Assembly: GCA_965649765.1 (NCBI GenBank)
Contig: OZ287759.1
Coordinates: 28,768,001-28,832,000 of the forward strand
DNA from: Bispira polyomma
Taxonomy: Eukaryota
DNA: 64,000 bases
Direction: 5' to 3'
Notes under the pieces: model-generated
What the model saw: only the letters and a program-made list of their open reading frames with translations
What the model was told of the DNA's origin: nothing
Database searches by the model: none
Program-made: the position numbers and the translations under genes
Shown here: positions 50,760 through 64,000 of the stretch, piece after piece
Position numbering within the stretch: the first letter of the stretch is position 1
Layout of the letters: each line of letters begins with the position of its first letter

Positions 50760-50975
50760 CGAACGTATTCGTATGCAAATGAGGCTGCGGAATCGAGGCT
50801 GAGTCAGACTGGTGACGGCCAAATAGAAAGCACATGTGGGCGCGCGGGGGTTTGAATTGTATATGGAACACGCCCTGAAACCAAGGGGGAAACTACTGTG
50901 GAATTAAAATAGATCTATTTCAAGGGCTCTCCAGTTTATATATAAGCTGTGTGAGGACAGTTCCAAAATCAGTAG
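50760..50975. promoter_or_regulatory. Candidate (bidirectional) Pol II promoter
   Basis: Local CpG enrichment; octamer ATGCAAAT 50773, AP-1 TGAGTCA 50800, CACATGTG 50831; + strand TATATAAG 50939-50946 with Inr TCAGT (A at 50971) about 30 bp downstream. Confidence 0.5.
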
Positions 50976-53228
50976 ACAATTCAAATGTCATCGCTGTATC
51001 TTTTGGAGAGAAAAAAAACAAAAAACACACTAACTATATATAATTTCTTTTGGTCAGAATAAAACAATTATTGATAAATAAGGCAAAATAACAAGATAAG
51101 TTCATGTATAATTTTTAGAAAAAAGTTTTGTTTAATAACGAACTATATAAAAGGAGCTTAACCAAAAGTTTTTGAAGTCAAGGTTATAACTTGGATAATA
51201 TAACCTACACTAGTTCTGGATTGTGTCAATTTAAGGTATGTTCTATGTTTTTATCTTTTGTATTCAGAAAACGAAAAGTAAGAAGTTTAAAACTAATATG
51301 ATCTCTTGTTTGCATTTTGTTCTCACTTGCAGGAGATACAGTACAATGTGTGCTTAAAACACTGATTTTTACAAAATCAATATATAAGTTGCATTTTAAA
51401 ACTGTTATATATCGCAAGTGGAAATAAAGTCTTTTACAAACACACACATATTTAAATGTTAAAACTGATTTATTTGACATGGTTAAGAAAATAGATTTAG
51501 TTCATGAGGTGTAAGTGTGATGCATTGTAAATAGTGACTGACTCTTACATTGTGGACTAACCATATTTGCCTTTAGGTGTCTTTAGTGAACTCCTGTATC
51601 TCAACAGAGAATAGTGAGTGTTTTAAACAAATTACTTTTTAGTGCAAGCAACATTTTATTAATTCTTAGGAAATTAAAAGCAAATCTTAAGTCTTAACAG
51701 GCACAATATCTTTCTTAAAAGAGCAACTTATAGTGTGTTAAAATCAAAATTTGTGAAGACAAACATAGAAAATTAAGGCACACACTAGGCGTCAATAAAC
51801 CAGAGAGATGTGGCGTTAGACAAGGGAGGTGTTCAATAGTGAAGACTGGTGCAAATATATAGCTTTTAAAGGTGCCTTTTTAAAGGTGGTAACACATTGA
51901 TTTAATCTTAAATATGCAAAGTATTCCCAAAAAAGGAAGCATATGGTAGCTAAAATACTTTGGTGAAGTACTCATATGAGACTCGTGGATGCTTCTATTA
52001 ATCACATTGTATAATCACATATATATCTGTATATCGATATTTACTTGTTGGATTTGCACTCAAAATATCAGAAGTGGTAAAACTTCTAGAAAGTCATACT
52101 TTATTTGAGGGCACATGATTTTGGGGAGTTGTATCACATGACATTTGTACTACTCTCCATGTGGCGTTCCCACTCATATCATTACACACCATGTATAAAT
52201 CTTTGACTCCTGCCACTCATTTGTCATTGATCTGAAAGTAGAGACCCCATCATATTATAGTGTTGTTGTTATTATTATATAATGTGGTATGGTACTCGAG
52301 TTGTCTAATATATGGATGTGTACATTATAACTCATCATCTGTAGATCACGTTTTTTGGGTGTCATTCTATATGTTCAAATCATTCTGTTTTTAAACATAT
52401 GTGACAGAGAAAAAGTAATAGTGTTCACCTCCTATCTGTTTTGTAGATCTACATTTCTAATCGAATGTAAACAAAGAGATAGCAACTCACTGTCGCCTAC
52501 CATATGGACCATCTGGGATGATTAAATGTTTATCAAATATTTTTTTTTTCAGATTTAACAATATCATGAAATCTGTAAAAGTTCAAACAATATGGGGGGA
52601 GTGTCAAGTTGTCCTGGTTTCTATGTTATATCTATTATATAAAATTGTGCGAGAGATATATGTAACAATTCTTTCTGTTCAGTAGACATACATTAGGCAC
52701 CTCTTATTTCTTCATTCTTTCAACTCATTGAAGACTGTACTACTAAGCAGAATAACACGTTGTAATTCAGATATTGACATATTTAAACTAAAGTGATTTC
52801 ATTAGTTGAATCCTCTTTATATTGAAGCTGCTAATTATAGTGAGTTTTGTCGTTTAAATAATAAAAATGAATTTACGTAACATTTTCCTCAAGTTACTCG
52901 AAGCACTGTTGCAAGATATATCTGATTACATGAGAATACAATTGCTTAGAAGTTCAAATAGTAATTATTGTCCTATTTTCAATGATATGCTATGCATAGT
53001 TTCGATTATTGTATCTATTGAGTGTTTATATTAAGCTTCAATGAACATGTCTCTATAGTAAATATTATGGTGTATTCTTCATAAGGTCATTGCAAAATGT
53101 GCTACCTTTTTTAAAATTAAATCTACCCACAGGAATGCAAAATTGGTTCATTATTTCAAAATTAAATCTACCCTAAGGAATACCAACTGTGAAAATAAAA
53201 TATAATCCTAAAATATACATTCCTAAAG

Positions 53229-53843
53229 TGGTGGTTCCACATTTAAGTTCCATCGGCAAAATGGGCCGGATTATGAGTATAGGGCGAAAAAAGCGGGAAA
53301 ATGAAAGTGTGGGGCATCCTAGCAGATGAAACTGTTTGCGTCCCGTTTTGACAGGACACCCACCACGATCGAATTTGAGGTCCGTAAAAAAACTTTCTTG
53401 ACCTCCCCGACCCAAGTTAGGATCAAAATTACTAGCAATAGGATCTGACGTATCGCCCTAGGATCGAAAGTATCGGCAATACAATCTGGCGGATTCATAA
53501 CCCAGACCATCAAGATCAAACTTCTAAAAATCAAATACGTGTGCCTTGTTTTCGCCTTCTGACCTATACGTTTTAATGAGCCAGTGTTAGGACAGGCCTG
53601 GAGTGAGATAAGGCCTATCAGGCAAAACGTATTGACAGTGAGATCAAACTTTTTCGCCGAAGCTGACCTTTCCATTTTTATAGGATAGGGAGGTAAGTCG
53701 GTGTACTTTAAAAATAATAAACATGTTTGATATTCTTCCCGACCACCACGACCACCTCTTTTTCGCCCCTGGACCTATACAAACAGGCCCCGGACTTCAA
53801 AATCGGCAAGATCGGGAACCAAATCGGCATAGTGAATCCACCA
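53229..53843. mobile_element. Non-autonomous Harbinger-like element
   Basis: Imperfect TIR tggtggttccac / gtgaatccacca; right end (atcggcatagtg) resembles the right end of the 24885-28407 element; gatcg-rich interior. Confidence 0.6.
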
Positions 53844-56800
53844 TTTAAGGTTTTGTAATATAATTTCTTAAATCTGTTGACCCATAAATGTTTTAACTTA
53901 ACTTACTTAATTTAATAAATACGAAACCTGATGTCTTTGTATTGAAATTACATCTTTGGGGTAATATAGCACAAAAAAAATTCATTTAATTTTTTTTCAG
54001 CAAGGGAATTAATCTTCTGACATAGATAGATACATTATGAAAAATAGATACCAATTTATTTATTTAAAATTTTTCTAGTTTTGACTTTGGTCTCCCAGAG
54101 AGATATAAATGTGTGTTATTGTCTCTGTTTTCTGTTGAATGATTATATTCATTTCAATATTGCATACAGATTCAGTGGCAAAAAAAGAAATCAGATAAAT
54201 ACACCTTTGCTGTGACCTCATTCATCATATCATTTAATATTAATGAAATTCACAGACAAGGAGCATTGGCCTAAAAATAATCTGCCTTTGCTTGGCCTCA
54301 TAAATCATAGGGCATAAATGCATCCACCCCATCCTTACAACCTTTCACTGAGGTAATCCATGTCAAATTAGCCCCCAAGATTTCTAGTGCAACTACAGTA
54401 AAAATGTGTGTTTTAAAAAAAAGGTATCTGTGGTCATGTTCTCCAAACTTATAAAGGTCAAAATTCTTAGATACTTAATTTGTTAAGTTTTATTAAGGCT
54501 ACATATCTCTGGCCAAAGTGACCTTAAAATATATCAGCCACTGATATCTCTTCTAAAATGAATGGTTACAAGTATAGGTTGTTTCCATGTACATGGATTT
54601 CTACAAGACTTAATTTGAGCTTAATTTTGATTCTTCTGGTACAAATAGCCACAAGCTATGATTTAAGTAGCGTACATTGCAAAGTGTTTACTGTGAAGCC
54701 ATTTGTTCTTGGACCTCTGCATTTCACATTTTGAAATCTTGCTTTTTGATCTTGCGGTGGAGATTTATTGCGAACCATTAATTAAGGAACCAACCCTGTC
54801 AGTCTTTTTTACCCACCCAAATGTTCATCCCTTAAAATAGAGGCCAGGTCAACATGGCGATGACAAAATAGATAAGTTTACTCAGACTTTTTATCCTGGG
54901 CGAAGTAGTGTGTATATATAATATATATATATATAATATTCATGCTAAATAATATTAAAATTCTAACAAGGACCACTTTACTGCATTTAGGTACATAAAT
55001 AATCAAATCAATTATATAAGCACGATGACGTAGTGGTAACGCTACTTAAAATGTGGTTGTACTAATGGTAACAACATGTTGTTAAATCTGTCATTTCCTG
55101 CTAAAGAAACAAAAATACTGGCATAAATAGTTCAGGGACAAGGATATATACGATTGGGTGTCGGTCGCATAGATGTAACATTCTTGGCGCAAACCCCTGC
55201 AGTTCTGGGTTGGACTTTCCGCCCTAGGTCTGCAAGTGGAAAGTTGGCAGCAGACTTGCTGAAGACTGGTTTAAAGTACTATTCTGTTACCAGTTTCATT
55301 CACCACTAAATCTCAAAACCTATTTGTATTTTACACTTTTATATGGATTATTAAGTGTGGTATCGTGTTTGATGTTTATATGACTATGCGTGTCATCTCC
55401 TGTAGTGTAGTGATGTGTAGTGTCGTGTAGTCCACAGTTTGACGGCCCTTTACTCTTTGATGGATCATTGGTTAGGTTAATAACAGAGAATGACTAGACA
55501 TTGAGTGTGGCACCAGAGAAATTTAATATTAACATTAAAAATTGCCAATCTTACCCAAATAAACTAAAAAAAAAAACTGAGCTACAAATGACGTCTGCAA
55601 GTTTTTTAGCTTGAGGTGAAGGTCTTGTCCTCGGCAGAGGACGGGTTTAATGGCGTAACCCAGCCATTAGACCACATTTTACTACTTAATCAGCACCCAT
55701 CTTAAGTCACACACCCCCTCCTCTTCTCACCCCTGGGGCAGACAGACTGCCTCACCTTATACTTACCACAATAGACATCAAATATGCCCTTCAATATCAG
55801 AGAAAATGGATGTCATAAATTACAACTTGGTCAGAAAACCAGTTTGGTTGAAATTTTTGGAGCATGTTACTGGCAATGCTGGACTTTTTTCACAGTCTGA
55901 CTTCTTTGCCATCCCCACACCTTAATTAGACTAGAGGCTTTAACAGTGCAGATAGTGAGTGTCATCATTATGACTAATAAATACAAACATGTACACAAAT
56001 ATTATTGGGGATAACATCTTTGGCAAAAGTTGTGAACACACCATTGTCAATGCTATGTTGTGAGGTTATTCTTTTCAGAGAATGAACACCTTACTGAATG
56101 ATATATTAATAGGGCACTCTATAAATACTTCATAATATTAATATAAATACTTTTTGCACTTATTTCCCTATATATTTATGCATTAGAAACTATGGTAATT
56201 TTGTTAATAATATTTGTACACACAAGAAAACTTTAATTATTAAAGGTCACCCTAAGTTTAAGTGTGACTTTAAACTGACTCCAATGTTTACTTAGATCAT
56301 ACTAAAGTTATGTTTACCTAAAGGCTACAATATGTACAGTTTAAGAGTCAACTTAAATAGAAGTGTAGATTTCGTCAGTTGTCGATGGGCGATAATTGCA
56401 GGTTTTTGGGTATATGACTAATGGCTGGTGCTGACAATGATGGATAAGGTTCGGATACCCAATCTTAATGCTGGTCTAATGTTGAAAGATGACTTCTTAT
56501 CACACATGAAGACGTCATCTTACCAAATGTAAAGAAGGTGAAAGAAGGTTGAGAGTTTTAAATTAATTCTTTGGTCTTTGGGTTTTGCATCTATTTAAAA
56601 TAGCATTGGTTAGTCTGTAGTCAGTATAAAAGGAACATTTAAGACTAGGCTAGGAAGTTAATGGCCGTGAAACTCTGACCAAAGTGTACCTATTTCTCAT
56701 ATATGTTTGGCCTATTTTGTCATTACTATAACATATATAGACTCAAATCAACATTGATTTGTGACTGTGATATTGATACAAAATGCTCAATGGCCATGGA

Positions 56801-59800
56801 TATTGTAATGCAACTAAGAATATTTCATTCACAATTTTAATTATTGAAGTGTTTAAACCCCAAAGGAGAATGTTTTCTGAAACATGTTATTATGCCTTAT
56901 GGTTGGCATCTGTTGGTTTGCACGAGGTTGTCTGCGGTTGTCTGGTGTCAGTTCATGGCATAAAGGACTCCTTTGTTTGACTTAAATAAAGCATTTGAAA
57001 GCGTAATTAAGGTTTTATAAAAATATATATAACATGTGCTATATTTTGTGTTTTTCCTAAGGATTATTATTGATTTTATATTCTGCCTTTGAGTGATACC
57101 AGTAGACATTTTTTGCTAGACATAGACAAAGCATTTGATAACATCACAAACATTCCACTGAAATGTGTTCAAAATATCCTCTTATTGTGTCATTTACATG
57201 TCTTACATGTTTTCTTTGAATTTATGATATGGTTTGCTATGTTAGTATTTTCACCTAATTACTACAGTATCCTTATACATGTTGTCACCAAGAAGCAAAA
57301 AGTAATTAACATTCATGAAAAGTTTATGACTTTTTTCTTATATTTGAAGTTTTTTTTAAATACAATTTCTGGTACTTAAACTTGGGTTCAACGTTTTATA
57401 TACAAATTTTCCATAAGAGGGGCTTTCTGCAGAATGGCTATATATCTGCATTACCGGAAATGGGCGTGGTCAATTGAGAAACAGTGATGTGTGTTTTTTA
57501 CCCTTCAATGAGGCAGGTCAAGGACAAAGCTATTATCACGTGATGTAATAATGCTTTGATTATCCAAAACACTAAAATATGGTACATAACCCATATAGCT
57601 ATACACACATATATATATGGATGTGTGAAATGATTATACACTTCAAATCTACTTTGTTTTAATGGACTTTCTATGATAGAAAATTGGCTATTAAGTTGCA
57701 CATAGATTGACAATCGATATGCAAATACTGTATACGAGTATAGTTTCACTTAAAGATAATTAAATCTATATTTACTAATGAGATATAGATAGTGAAAATT
57801 ATTTACCAGTAAAAATAAAATGTTTATTTTTTTACTAAAAATGGAAAATAATATCCAATGGAAGTGTAAAATATTAAAATAAGTTTTCCATGGTAATAAA
57901 GTGCATCTAAAATGATATGTAATGTACTTAATATACTATTAAATTGGGTAATTTATTTATTTTATTATTCATGTTGAAAAATGAATGAATATAGAACTAG
58001 GTCCAAGTGAAAAATAAAATCCATTAGAAGAAACTGCCTGTTAGGTAAGAGATAATTATATACTGGCACATATCATGAGATGTTTATCAATAACAAATAA
58101 AAAACAAACAACAACACATAAACACACTGATTTGTTTATATAGCAAATGCATCATATGGTTTATAATTGAAATACAAACATACATGTACACCATTCCATT
58201 AAAAAAATAGTGTGTTATTTTGAAAAGCAAACAAGACACTAACAAAGAACAAACCCCATGCTTTCACCAAGGGGAATCTTCTTATGTAATGCAACCCTGC
58301 TTTTAAAACATAATCAATTAAAGCGCCACACTAATTTAACATCATAAAGTGGAACTCTTACATGACAATAACTTGTTTAGTAGCTATATATGAGATGTGA
58401 ACACTGCAGGGAAGTATCTTACCAAACTGTAGGCAAAGCTCCAAAAAAGACTTAAGTTTTAAAACTAGAGATTTTTCTGTAAATTTTTACCCCCCCCCCC
58501 CCCCCCCTAAAAAATTTGGGATATTTGCATTTGACAATGCTGAATGACCCTGATAAAATAGACTAAAACAAAAATCTTTTAAAATGTAGCACTAGAAGTT
58601 TGACATATAAGATGGACACACACATATTTAAATACTCCAACTATAAACTCTCGTGTATTCAAGTTATAAAACTTACACAGGAAACCTGTAAATGTTCTTT
58701 TGGAAATATTGTTGCCCAGTACTATTTATAGGGGAAACCAGTTCCAAACCTCATGGTAGACACATTCTAATTTTCTTGTCTACATATAAATAATGACATG
58801 ATTTATCATTTGCAGGTTCTGTCCAGGACCCCAGTTTTAGATAGATTGGTATAGGTTACATATTTAAAAAAAAATCTGTGTAGGCAACACCCCCACCCCC
58901 CCCACCCCCCTCCAAAAAAAAAAAACAAAAAAAAACCCACACAGAAATGAATAAAATAAATGAATTCTAAAGAAATATGAAACTATATTCATAATAACTG
59001 ATTAATCATGATTTTTAACTTGGAACTTTATATATCAAATTTGAGCAAAGAATATATTAACTTTTAACTGTTTCACACTATTTATCATGTCAAAATTTGA
59101 TCATATTCAAATTATGGGTTTAAAACAGAGAGAAATTCTGTAATCTTATGACTTAATTATAAAGACATATATATTTATAGCTAGCTCTACCGGTATATAT
59201 CACTATAAGTGTTATCTTTTAAAATTATAATTATAATTTCTACAAAATTACAGCCCAAATAGTGCTATTTACACAACATTCTTGAATAATTTATTCAATG
59301 TATAATTATATCGTGTACATGAAATTGAATCGTGTTATCTTTCAAGACTTTCATATCAGATAAGGGACCAACAATAGTACATGTATTATTAATACGCATA
59401 ATTCTTTGTCAAGATAAAAGATCGTATCAAACATATTTGACAAGAGAATATATTTTATAGGGTTTTAAATTTTTACCTCCAAGTCAAGGAGGTTGTGATT
59501 TCATCCATTTCTCTTGGTTTGTATGTCACAAGGATTATACACAAAAAACTACTAAACCCAAGTACATGGAATTTGTTAAAGAAGGAGCTACTGGGCATAG
59601 GCAAAGAGAACAATCCATTAAATTATGGGGCAGTAAGGCATAGCCATAAATATATATTTTTAACTGTGGGGCCCTGGCGCAGTTATGTGCTTTAATGACT
59701 GTAGTGAAATTAAATTCTTGAGAAATTCTGTCACAAAAAAGTCTTGGTTGAAATTATGTTTATAATAGTTGCCCTGTTGAGCTCTGATTACTTGAAACAC

Positions 59801-62800
59801 TTTCTGGGTTTAGGAAAAAATTTAAAACCTATCTCTTGAAAGTCACATACAGTCCACCCACCCCCAAATTGCGTCCCTGTACAATGCACATCCTTCCATT
59901 CTTCCTTACAACTTTAGCTACTATTTTTTTATTTCTCGATTATTTAATTGATTATGCCTCACATCAATATAAGGCACGTTAAAATGCAAAAAACAAATAC
60001 AACAATATAAATAACAGGTCCATAAAGTCATAAAGTATGTAATCCCAGCCTTTGTGAAGGCCCATATTTGTCAGAAAATCTCAATTAACCTAATTTCAAA
60101 ACAATTAATTCAGAGTAATATACTCATACAAGTAACAGCCTTCATGGCCAGAAATATTGCTGAATTTAATGTAGACATATTTTGAATTACACCCAAAACC
60201 AAATAAGACTTTCTATCACTATGAGCCTTAAACAAGGCTAATCCTATTCATGTCATCATTACTAGTTAAGTAAGTTACATGTGGATATTGTGTAAGGTTG
60301 GGTGGGTATATTAAGTATAAATTGAGACATGAAGTTAATGAAAAAGTCATGTCTAAAACAAACCAAAAACAGAGAGAGTTGCTTGATGTATTCACAAAAT
60401 CACGTTCTGAACATTGGAGGCAAAAAACCCTGATATGCTTCACACAAACTCTGATGGAAAAACTTTGTGATAGGGTTGAAATATGAAAACAACTTGTCCA
60501 AGAAAATCTCTTTACAATTTAGAGAGATAAAAAATGTTTCATGTATTATGATTCATTGTTTGTTAGACACATGATGCTTTCGTGGTGGGTTAAATACATA
60601 TATATGTCAATCTTATATAATTCTTGAACAACATCAACTTTGAAATAGAGAAGTATTTCCTCCCTCTAAGATACACCAAGATAAAACTTTGAATTATTCT
60701 TTTTAACCAATGTTTTGTTGGGTAATTATCATCATACTATGTCTCTCCCATGGCCTAGTGGTTAAGGAATTGGTCCGGTGAACAGAAGGCCCCCCGGTTC
60801 GACTCCTTCTAATGTTGCTATAGGTTCATTGATGGGATAACATGCTTATTAAGCAAGATATGGACACATCATTGCTCTGCTGATAATAACCAAGGCTAAC
60901 TACCAAGACATTTAAAAGAAAAGCAAAAGCTAGCAATACTTGTACAATCCATATGGGGGTAGTTTCATAGCTGGCGCCTAATATTCTTTTTTTCAAAAGT
61001 CTTCATTGATGTCAAATTTATTTTGGGCAAATATGCATCACTTTTAATACTCGTTGTGTAAAGTAGGATAGGTAAGGCGGGCAAGATTGTAGGATTACAC
61101 TAAACCCATGGACACTTTAACCTACCAGCTAGGGTCGAAATTTAAAAGTCTAGAATACACTTATAAATATTTAAAAATTTAAAAATTGGAACACATAATT
61201 TAGTTAGACGACATGACAGACAGTATGCTCACTCTGTAAAGTAAAACAGGTTGGGTGGGAAAGATTTTTGAATTGCACCAAACCCATGGACCCTTCAACC
61301 TATCCGCGATAACCTATCATAAATTACAACATATGCTTACAATAACATATATATACACGTATATACATATATATATATTCCTCGACATGTATCTTACATC
61401 TTTAAACAGTTATTACATTTTTAATAAAGGGGAAAAAATAGACTTTAACATATGTATCTATATAAAGAGAGAGAAGATTTTTCATAGATATTATATCTAT
61501 ACTAAGGAACAAACCATAAAAAAAGAATGGAGGCTGGTCTCACGTGACATAATGAAATATTTGTCATAGCATGACTCCAGCCGATAACAACAATTACACA
61601 ATGTTCTTCAAATTCCGGTGTAATATAAGATGGATAGGTTTAAGCCATAAAACTTTAATAAACCTATTATTCATGTCTGCAAAAATTACTGAAGGATCCC
61701 CACCAAATAAAAAAAAAAGCCGAAAAGTTTTTTCTTAGTCCCATAACCTCTAGAAAGACTTTATAATAGAAAATGATAATTGAAAACATATGAAAAGGTG
61801 GGAATTTATGAAAAGACAAACATTTTTACGTGGGACTTAATCAATTATATTTTACAGCTTAGTGAACCCAGTGCATTGCATTATTATTATTTCACAGACA
61901 TAATTTCAAGTGACATAACTACGGTATCTATTTGAATAGACACCTCAGGCCACTATTTAAAACCAAAGATTGGCGTGTCCCATCCCGTGGGGGATAATGA
62001 AAGTTAATTAGTACTCCGGAACAATGATACTTGGAACATCACCTACCTTAAAAAATTCTTGTACCAAATAATAAGTTCCATCAGTTAAATTTCTTTTTTA
62101 TTTATCCCTAGACCTATTATTAAAATTCCACAAAAAGTGATGTATGTTATCAATCTTACAATCCAATACCAACTCAATGTTAGGCCGTAATAACCAAGCC
62201 ATATAAATATACATATGATTATACAACAAGTCATTAAAATATTTAATTTTAAAAAATCAGAGTTTGCAAAGTAGAAAAAAAGTGAATTGGAATTGTTAAC
62301 AATACCATTAATCTTGACAACAAGTTTGGAACAATTTTCTCAAGTTCAAGCGATGGATAAGATCGGCTATTTTGTCAGTGTTAATAGTGCACAAAGGCTT
62401 GAATATTACTACAAAATAAGCTTGTATGAAGGAAAAACAGTCAAAATGAAACCTGTTAAACATCCTAAATAAAAAACCTGTTCTGGTAGAAATTAATAGC
62501 GATACCGTATGTCAAGACACACCTTTATTTATTCCAAAATGAGACTCGACAAGACACAACATGTGGCTATAAATATACTGAATATTCTAAACATGTTATA
62601 TATAAATGAAAATTGATAGTTTGCTTTGCTTTGTTTTATTTTTTAATGTCACACACAAACGCGATTCAGTCAGGGCAGTTTGACATTAACACTAAAGTTA
62701 ATGCATGGCACTTCATTTCTTCCTGTCCACTTGTCCTGTCTGCTGAATTGAATAAAAAGTCAAATTTGGATGATTTCTATTTTAGATGATATGTGTACCT

Positions 62801-63131
62801 GGCACTGTCATAGAATATGAAGAACATTTAACCTGATATAAACATTAAATACATGGCATATATTATAATAAAATTTTAACTGAAATAAAATGTTACGAAT
62901 TTGCAATATTTAGGAAATTCACTGGAATTGATTTTCACTATTTACTATTTCAATACAAAATTTAGTTGTGTCATAGACAGTCAATGATCAATGTTAGTTA
63001 CTGGTGCTGATATTCTATGCTTGTGCATTAATGAAATTATGGTTAAAAATGAGATACTTTGCAAAATAAACCAACAAGCTAGAAGGACACTCGGTAGAGT
63101 GAATACCTCTGCCAAATACAAACAAATGATG

Positions 63132-63395
63132 CACTTGAAAGATACGTCGCCAGTGCAGTGCCGTACGATAAAGTTATTTAGAGTCACCAATGGGATGCCA
63201 CCAAGAGGATGTTTGGTTTAGGTCTAATAAAAGCGCTCTTCCCCGAAGGTCAGAGCTTGAATGCATGTATTAGCTCTAGAATTATCTAAGAGTTATCCAA
63301 ATAGGATGTACATTCTAAGAAATGACATATGATTTAATGAGCCATGACTTAATCTTTAAGACAAGCATATGACTACTGGCAGGATCAACCAGATA
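63132..63395 (-). pseudogene. 18S rRNA 5' fragment (orphan rDNA pseudogene)
   Basis: Reverse complement begins TATCTGGTTGATCCTGCCAGTAGTCATATGCTTGTC and contains GGCTCATTAAATCA, TAATTCTAGAGCTAATACATGC, GAGCGCTTTTATTAG, GGCGACGTATCTTTCAA; truncated, with substitutions and an internal deletion. Confidence 0.92.
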
Positions 63396-63610
63396 GCTAA
63401 CTCTCTAGAGCAGGGAGCCGTGGGATTGGGGCCCCAGGCCGTACTCGATTGCTAGTGACAATCAGGGACAGGAGTCGAACCGCAGAGCCCAGACTAGCCA
63501 GACACTCTGCCCTCCCGGGCCGCCCAACAGAGGCAGCGGATCAACCCCCCTGATCAGATCAACAGGGCGGTCTATTCCGCGCCAACCTTGTCCAACACCA
63601 CTAAGGGTGA
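63396..63610 (-). other. Probable 5' external transcribed spacer remnant
   Basis: GC-rich segment contiguous with the 18S 5' end and sharply different from the AT-rich flanks. Confidence 0.55.
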
Positions 63611-64000
63611 GGGTCAAGAGTCTGGCACGAAAGATAATCCTGCATCTTCCCTTGTCCCCAGATCAGCTCCAAATTTGAGTGGATTCTTCTTCTTTGACCA
63701 ATGCCCCAACCCTGTCCTGCACCAAATTTTATGTAAATTCGTTCAGTAGTTTTTTTTTTGTAACCCTGGTGGCAAGGCACATAAACCAATGCAACAAACC
63801 GAAAACTTAAGCCCTCCCCCCTTTGACAGAGCTAACTCTGGAATTGACTGTGAGGTGGTTTTGATGTCCCTTAAATGAGGACAAGTTTATTAAGGGCCAC
63901 TGGGTGCTGATGGCTAACTCACTGCACTGAAAAGACCTAGTTTAGTATTCAAGCCGTGCAAGTGCAAATGAACACACATAAATTTTATACACACAACAAA

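Noticed and set aside
60745-60815. tRNA gene
   Set aside because: A/B-box-like motifs only, with no cloverleaf; SINE head similar to 40903-40960
63132-63395. Functional 18S rRNA gene
   Set aside because: Truncated, internally deleted and mutated at conserved positions; no ITS/5.8S/28S
33249-63789. Most short ORFs in the track
   Set aside because: 60-120 aa, AT-driven composition, often non-ATG starts, no domains or splice-phase support; expected by chance

Overview
AT-rich, intron-containing animal genomic DNA, not prokaryotic. The 18S fragment, SINE types and protein motifs fit a lophotrochozoan such as a mollusc (inference). Two spliced protein-coding genes can be reconstructed with consistent splice phases: (1) a minus-strand, 4-exon type-I membrane receptor (1784-9708) with a single Grindelwald-like TNFR cysteine-rich domain, and (2) a plus-strand gene (14609-22965; first exon unresolved) encoding four TSP1 repeats, a TM helix and a tail ending in a PDZ-type motif. 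Inside an intron of the TSP1 gene is a full-length selenocysteine tRNA gene (18413-18499) with an upstream TATA box but with apparent CpG-decay lesions. Mobile DNA is abundant: a degenerate L2/CR1-type LINE carrying a 2A-like motif, a 6.2-kb foldback element with a 6-bp TSD containing a dead PIF/Harbinger transposon, Harbinger-like and hAT-like MITEs, and many tRNA-derived SINEs. The 29-63 kb stretch has no recognisable protein domains, but it contains clustered immune/stress transcription-factor motifs (kB, AP-1, CRE, STAT, ETS, M-box), a candidate bidirectional promoter near 50.8-51 kb, and phase-compatible minus-strand exons of an unannotated transcript. An orphan 5'ETS+18S rDNA fragment lies near the end.
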